Both the position numbers and the translations under genes were made by a program. Under the pieces are notes generated by a model. That model was not told the DNA's origin, did not search any database, and worked only from the letters and a program-made list of their open reading frames with translations. Source: Fusibacter sp. A1 (GTDB taxonomy: Bacteria; Bacillota; Clostridia; Peptostreptococcales; Acidaminobacteraceae). From it: a stretch of 32,000 bases of DNA. Every line of letters begins with the position of its first letter. Positions within the stretch are counted from its first letter, which is position 1. Of this stretch, positions 27,437 through 32,000 are shown piece after piece. The stretch covers positions 40,364 to 72,363 of the forward strand of contig NZ_QQWI01000010.1 in the NCBI RefSeq assembly GCF_004125825.1, written 5' to 3'.

Positions 27437-28330
27437 ATGTCAAAACTCGTTCAATGTGTACCAAATTTTTCTGAAGGCCGTGACTTAGACAAAGTTGAAA
27501 AGATCCTTAATGCGTTTAGAGCAAAAGAAGGCGTTAAATTACTGGATTACTCAAGTGATAAAGATCATAACAGAAGTGTTGTAACACTTGTAGGTGAACC
27601 GCAAGCTGTAAAAAAAGCGGTAGTTGAAGCGGTCGGTATTGCAAAAGAATTGATCGACATGACAAAGCACGAAGGCCAGCATCCTAGAATGGGCGCTTGC
27701 GATGTTATTCCCTTTATCCCTATCAAGAACATCACAATCGAAGAGTGTGTCGCTCTTGCCAAAGAAACAGCGCAAGAAATGAACACTGCTCACGGCGTAC
27801 CTGTATTCCTTTATGAAAAAGCGGCTTCTAACCCAGACCGTGAAAACCTTGCAAAGGTAAGAAAAGGTCAATTTGAAGGCATGTTTGAAAAAGTGAAAGA
27901 AGCAGAGTGGAAACTTGACTTCGGCACAGAGTGTCACCCTACTTACGGCGTAACAGCTGTCGGAGCTAGAATGCCTCTTGTAGCATTCAACGTACTGCTT
28001 AACACAAACAATCTTGATATCGCAAATCAAATCGCTAAAAATGTAAGACATTTAAGCGGTGGTCTTAGATTTGTAAAAGGTATCGGTATCGATATGCCAG
28101 AAAGAAACATCACACAAGTATCGATGAACATGACAGACTTCACGAAGACTCCTTTATACAGAGCCTTCGAACTGATCAAAATCGAAGCGAAGAGATACGG
28201 TGTCAGCGTCATCGGCTCTGAGGTCATCGGTCTTGTACCAATGGAGGCCATGGTCCGTACTGCCGAGTGGTACCTTGGCGTTGAAGACTTCTCTATGGAA
28301 CAAGTGCTTGAAAAACGTATGATGGAGTAA
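27437..28330 (+). CDS. ftcD: glutamate formimidoyltransferase
   Basis: The N-terminus MSKLVQCVPNFSEGRD is the hallmark of the formiminotransferase domain. HPRMGACDV is conserved. Size is ~297 aa. TGGAGGA RBS. Confidence 0.93.
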   Translation: MSKLVQCVPNFSEGRDLDKVEKILNAFRAKEGVKLLDYSSDKDHNRSVVTLVGEPQAVKKAVVEAVGIAKELIDMTKHEGQHPRMGACDVIPFIPIKNITIEECVALAKETAQEMNTAHGVPVFLYEKAASNPDRENLAKVRKGQFEGMFEKVKEAEWKLDFGTECHPTYGVTAVGARMPLVAFNVLLNTNNLDIANQIAKNVRHLSGGLRFVKGIGIDMPERNITQVSMNMTDFTKTPLYRAFELIKIEAKRYGVSVIGSEVIGLVPMEAMVRTAEWYLGVEDFSMEQVLEKRMME

Positions 28331-28334
28331 TCCT

Positions 28335-29591
28335 ATGATTACTAAGCTATTAATAAAAAACGCCTCAGAACTCGTTACTTGTTCTGGAAACGCCGCTAAA
28401 AAGGGCAAGCAGATGAGCGACCTGCATGTGATCAGAGACGGAGCTATCGCATCGTCTGACGGAGTGATCACGCATGTAGGTAAAACCGAAGATGTGCTAA
28501 CGGCTATAAACGAAGACGATTATGTCGTCATCGATGCGACTGGAAAAACAGTCATGCCAGGTTTTGTCGATTCACATACTCACTTTGTATTCGGAGGCTT
28601 CAGGGCCGACGAGTACGGATGGAGACTTGAAGGACAAAGCTATGTTGACATCATGGAAAAAGGCGGCGGAATCGCAAACTCTGTTCGTGGAACAGATCAG
28701 GCGACCTTCCAAGAGCTGATCGATGTCGGTATGAAACGACTTAACTCCATGCTTTCATTCGGTGTGACAACAGTCGAAGGAAAATCAGGCTACGGCCTGT
28801 TCAAGGATACCGAACTTAAGCAGCTTAAGGTCTATAAGGCGCTTAAGGAAATGCACCCGATGGATATCGCTGTCACTTATCTTGGACCACATTCTGTTCC
28901 AAAAGAGTACAAGGGCAACGAGATGGCCTTTATCGAGTATCAGATCAAGGAATGCCTGCCTGAGGTGATGAAGCTTGATGTCGCAGAGTTCGCTGATATC
29001 TTCTGTGAGGACAAGGTCTTTAATGTGGAACAGTCCAGAGCTTTCCTGACTGCTGCAAAAGAATTGGGGCTTAAGCTTAAGATACATGCGGATGAGATCG
29101 TACAACTAGGTGGTGCGGAGCTTGCTGCAGAACTAGGCGCCGTATCGGCGGACCATCTGCTTCAGGCGTCAGACAAGGGCATCGAGCAGATGGCTGAAGC
29201 TGGTGTTGTGGCAACACTTTTACCGGGGACCGCATTTAGCTTGAAAGAGCATTACGCCCGCGCCCGATATATGATCGATCATGGGGCGGCTGTGGCTCTT
29301 GCGACAGATTTCAATCCGGGCAGCTGCTTCACAGAATCGGTTGCACTGATTATCGCCTTGGCAACGCTTCAGATGAACATGACGACAGAAGAGGTGATCA
29401 CAGCGCTTACCATCAATGGTGCTGCCGCGCTTGGACGCGCTGATACGGTAGGTAGCTTGGATGAAGGCAAATTAGCTGATATCGTCATACATGAGTTCCC
29501 GTCTTATAAGTTCTTGCCGTATCATATCGCTGTTTCGACAGTGGAAACGGTAATTAAAAAAGGGGAAATCGTTTACGAGAGATTGTATTAA
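28335..29591 (+). CDS. hutI: imidazolonepropionase
   Basis: It starts 4 nt after the ftcD stop. Amidohydrolase motifs are PGFVDSHTHFVFGG, KIHADE, SADHL and ATDFNPGS. Confidence 0.95.
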   Translation: MITKLLIKNASELVTCSGNAAKKGKQMSDLHVIRDGAIASSDGVITHVGKTEDVLTAINEDDYVVIDATGKTVMPGFVDSHTHFVFGGFRADEYGWRLEGQSYVDIMEKGGGIANSVRGTDQATFQELIDVGMKRLNSMLSFGVTTVEGKSGYGLFKDTELKQLKVYKALKEMHPMDIAVTYLGPHSVPKEYKGNEMAFIEYQIKECLPEVMKLDVAEFADIFCEDKVFNVEQSRAFLTAAKELGLKLKIHADEIVQLGGAELAAELGAVSADHLLQASDKGIEQMAEAGVVATLLPGTAFSLKEHYARARYMIDHGAAVALATDFNPGSCFTESVALIIALATLQMNMTTEEVITALTINGAAALGRADTVGSLDEGKLADIVIHEFPSYKFLPYHIAVSTVETVIKKGEIVYERLY

Positions 29592-29660
29592 CGGTTTGCT
29601 TTGTGACTATGATATACTATTAACAACAAAGTGACAGTTGATGCATAGAGGAGGAAGAAC

Positions 29661-30278
29661 ATGTTAGCAAATTTGACGTGTGTGGAATTTTTAGATAAGT
29701 TGGCTTCAAACGAGCCTGTTCCAGGTGGCGGCAGTGTCGCTGCACTTACTGGCGGAATCGCCGCAGCGCTTGCTGCGATGGTTGCAAACCTTACAGTCGG
29801 TAAAAAGAACTATGTGGAAGTCTCTGAAGAAATGGAAGAGATTGCGACTCGCATGATTCAAATGAAAATCGCTTTTGTCGAATTTATCGACAAAGACGCA
29901 AACTCGTTTGACGGCGTGATGAAGGCGTTTAAACTTCCTAAAGAAACCGATGAAGAAAAAGCAGCTCGTACTGCTGCAATTCAAAACGGTTACAAAGAGG
30001 CGATCGCAGTACCGCTTGCAGTTGCCAAAGCGGCTTCTGAGATGTTCGAGATGATCGAAGTTGTCGTGACTAAGGGGAATCAGAACGCTGTGACAGACGG
30101 TCTTGTTGCCGCGATGTCGGCCCGTACTGCGATTCTTGGTGCGCTACTTAATGTTAAAATCAATCTATCTTCTGTTAAAGATGAAGCCTATGTAGAAAAA
30201 ATCAAGTCTGAGGTCGAGGCGCTTGAAGCGTTTGCGATTAAACGTGAAGGCGAGATTTTGGCTAAAGCGGCTTTCTAA
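29661..30278 (+). CDS. formimidoyltetrahydrofolate cyclodeaminase-family protein (cyclodeaminase/cyclohydrolase)
   Basis: GAGGAGGA RBS. The N-terminus FLDKLASNEPVPGGGSVAALTGGIAAALAAMV is typical of the FTCD C-terminal domain family. Confidence 0.88.
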   Translation: MLANLTCVEFLDKLASNEPVPGGGSVAALTGGIAAALAAMVANLTVGKKNYVEVSEEMEEIATRMIQMKIAFVEFIDKDANSFDGVMKAFKLPKETDEEKAARTAAIQNGYKEAIAVPLAVAKAASEMFEMIEVVVTKGNQNAVTDGLVAAMSARTAILGALLNVKINLSSVKDEAYVEKIKSEVEALEAFAIKREGEILAKAAF

Positions 30279-30310
30279 GTCGGTAGACTCAAAGTTAAAA
30301 CGGATCAAAA

Positions 30311-30345
30311 CCTCCACAATTTTATTGTGGGGGTTTCTTTTTTTT
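30311..30345 (+). terminator. rho-independent terminator ending the hut transcription unit
   Basis: CCTCCACAAT ttt ATTGTGGGGG (one G-U pair), followed by TTTCTTTTTTTT. Confidence 0.8.
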
Positions 30346-30402
30346 GGTAGTAAGCCTTGAAAAGGTGTATAAATAGAAAAAGAAGATTTCAAGGAGCATG
30401 CT

Positions 30403-31866
30403 ATGAAAAAGCTGGAAAGAATATGGATGTATGGAGTTACCCTCTTTATCGTGCTGTTACTGACCACCACCCTTTATATCCTGCTTTTAAGGGAAGTGGA
30501 GCGCACGGATAAGGTGGTGGAAGACACGAAGCGCGAGATACTCACCCTGTTCGAACGCGCGGAAAACCATGTGGAGACACTCGCAAAGCTTATGGAAACA
30601 GAGTATGTCGATCCACGTATGCCGTCGGATACCATCAAGTTCAATCAAAAGGAAGATTACTTTGCTATCGATGACGACTCCTTGTCGTGGAACATCACGG
30701 GACTTGGAGACTACAAGAAGCTATCAGGCAAAAGGTCTAAAGAGATTTACAGCGCCTATGTCGTCGGAGAACTTATGGAATATTTGAGCGCAAAAGAGCC
30801 GGAGATCGTTTGGATCTATTATATCTCAAACGGCGGATTCATCAATATTAGCCCTTATGTCTCCTCGACAGATTACCGTATCACGGTGGAGGACTATTCA
30901 AGACCCTTTGTCACACTCAACACCACCTATCAGAATCCAACAAGAGAACCTGTATGGACGAATGTCTACTTGGATGGGGCCGGGCAGGGGCTTATGGTCA
31001 CCGTCGCGAAACCTGTGGATATCGCTGAAGACCATTTGGGTGTGATGGCGATAGACATCACCCTGAACACGCTTGAGAAGCTTATCGAAAACGTGGAGTT
31101 CAGAAACGCAAAGTTTCTGATTGTCAGCCCACAGGATGATGTTTTGGCATCAAGCAGTTTTGATCAGAAGGATGAGATGAAAATCAATCGTCTGATAGAC
31201 GTCTTGCCTCTGGGGCTTAGGAGACACAGCATCGATTTAAGCTCGATAAGCGCCGAAGAAAGAAAGATGATCAACGGGTATCTGGTATTTAAAAAGAATC
31301 TCGGAGAAACGGGATATCATATTTATGCGAGTGTTTCCATCTGGTCGCTTTTCTTGTCGCAGTTTATTGCGATCATACCTTTGATCCTAGGTGGAATCAT
31401 CTTGTTCACTTTCTTCTTCAAACGCTATCACAAAGACCAGCTCAGGTACATTCTATCGGCGGATGGCATGAAATTCCAGAAGCTGTTCAACCATTATGAC
31501 CATCTTTTGCTGATTCTAAATGAAAAGGGAGCGGTTCTAGGCATAAACGACAAGGGTCTTAAACTTGTCACCGCACAAAAAAACGACGTTCTTGGAATGA
31601 TGATATGGGATTGTCCCTGGTGGGCTGAGGTAGCAAGCTATGAGGTCTATTTTAAAGAGGTCATCTCCAAACCTGAAGGGGGCAAAAGAAGCAAGGAAAT
31701 GATGTATTTTGACATAAGCGGTGAATCAAAATTTATGACGGTGTCCATCTCGCCCGTCTATGACGATACGACGCATTACATCACCAACTTCATTGTTTCA
31801 GGTGAGGACAAGACTGAAATCAGGCATCTGGAAGATGAACTGGACAGGTATAAGCAAAAACAATAA
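30403..31866 (+). CDS. membrane sensor protein: extracytoplasmic Cache-like domain, TM segment, cytoplasmic PAS-like domain, no output domain
   Basis: AAGGAG RBS. N-terminal TM is VTLFIVLLLTTTLYILLL. Cache-like signatures are RPFVTLNTTYQNPTREPVWTNVYLDGAGQGLMVTVAKPV and LGVMAIDITL. The second TM is FIAIIPLILGGIILFTFFF. A ~120-aa PAS-like region follows. The ORF ends directly before a strong terminator. Confidence 0.85.
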   Translation: MKKLERIWMYGVTLFIVLLLTTTLYILLLREVERTDKVVEDTKREILTLFERAENHVETLAKLMETEYVDPRMPSDTIKFNQKEDYFAIDDDSLSWNITGLGDYKKLSGKRSKEIYSAYVVGELMEYLSAKEPEIVWIYYISNGGFINISPYVSSTDYRITVEDYSRPFVTLNTTYQNPTREPVWTNVYLDGAGQGLMVTVAKPVDIAEDHLGVMAIDITLNTLEKLIENVEFRNAKFLIVSPQDDVLASSSFDQKDEMKINRLIDVLPLGLRRHSIDLSSISAEERKMINGYLVFKKNLGETGYHIYASVSIWSLFLSQFIAIIPLILGGIILFTFFFKRYHKDQLRYILSADGMKFQKLFNHYDHLLLILNEKGAVLGINDKGLKLVTAQKNDVLGMMIWDCPWWAEVASYEVYFKEVISKPEGGKRSKEMMYFDISGESKFMTVSISPVYDDTTHYITNFIVSGEDKTEIRHLEDELDRYKQKQ

Positions 31867-31905
31867 AAAAACGCCTATCCCCACATAAGGGGATAGGCGT
31901 TTGTG
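31865..31905. terminator. bidirectional rho-independent terminator between convergent genes
   Basis: AAAAAAACGCCTATCCCC acataa GGGGATAGGCGTTTGTGTT. Confidence 0.85.
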
Positions 31906-32000
31906 TTATAAGTAGGCTTTTAACAGCTTGGCTGTTTCGACAATACCGTCGATATGGGTACGTTCCATATGGTGGGATGCATGAACGCCAGGACCGATCA
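31906..32000 (-). CDS. 3' end of a gene continuing beyond the window; the C-terminus resembles M20-family metallopeptidase/deacylase
   Basis: The reverse strand translates ...IGPGVHASHHMERTHIDGIVETAKLLKAYL then a stop (TAA, complement of 31906-31908). The GPG..(A)H...E...I pattern is typical of M20 C-termini. Only 31 codons are visible. Confidence 0.45.
   Translation of the reverse strand, partial: IGPGVHASHHMERTHIDGIVETAKLLKAYL

Noticed and set aside
29610-29618. TGaTATACT extended -10-like element upstream of the cyclodeaminase gene as an internal hut promoter
   Set aside because: It is a single short match in A/T-rich intercistronic DNA with no -35, and there is no terminator upstream. 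It cannot be distinguished from chance without 5'-end data.

Overview
Gene-dense chromosomal segment of a Firmicute, most likely a member of Clostridia. This is suggested by the T-box leader, Gram-positive lipoboxes, GGAGG-type ribosome-binding sites, a THF-dependent histidine-utilisation cluster and a CD3324-type small protein. I support 25 protein-coding regions, two of them cut by the window edges. I also support one tRNA-Leu(UAG), one T-box leader with a consensus sigma-A promoter, and about a dozen clear rho-independent terminators, several bidirectional between convergent genes. Housekeeping and catabolic genes are metG, glpK, an SDR-type threonine-dehydrogenase-like gene, hutU, ftcD, hutI, a cyclodeaminase gene and a DUF1846 gene. 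They are interleaved with many extracytoplasmic sensing and signalling proteins: a sigma-54 activator fragment, two GGDEF proteins (one GGDEF-EAL), an orphan histidine kinase, two orphan solute-binding lipoproteins and three or four Cache-like proteins. I saw no transposase, integrase, CRISPR array, reverse transcriptase or canonical defence system. The best candidates for something undescribed are five. (1) A translationally coupled pair at 21987-23383: a KNT/ANT-like nucleotidyltransferase-fold protein with a degenerate active-site signature, plus a small HTH protein, next to the tRNA. (2) A metG T-box whose hand-folded specifier position and discriminator-pairing base do not look like tRNA-Met. 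(3) An orphan kinase divergently paired with a transporter-less RbsB-like lipoprotein. (4) A hut operon that lacks hutH, begins with a threonine-dehydrogenase-like gene and is followed by an output-less Cache-TM-PAS protein. (5) Orphan proteins of unknown family at 897-1889 and 10142-11719. All family assignments come from motif recognition by eye. None was verified by search.
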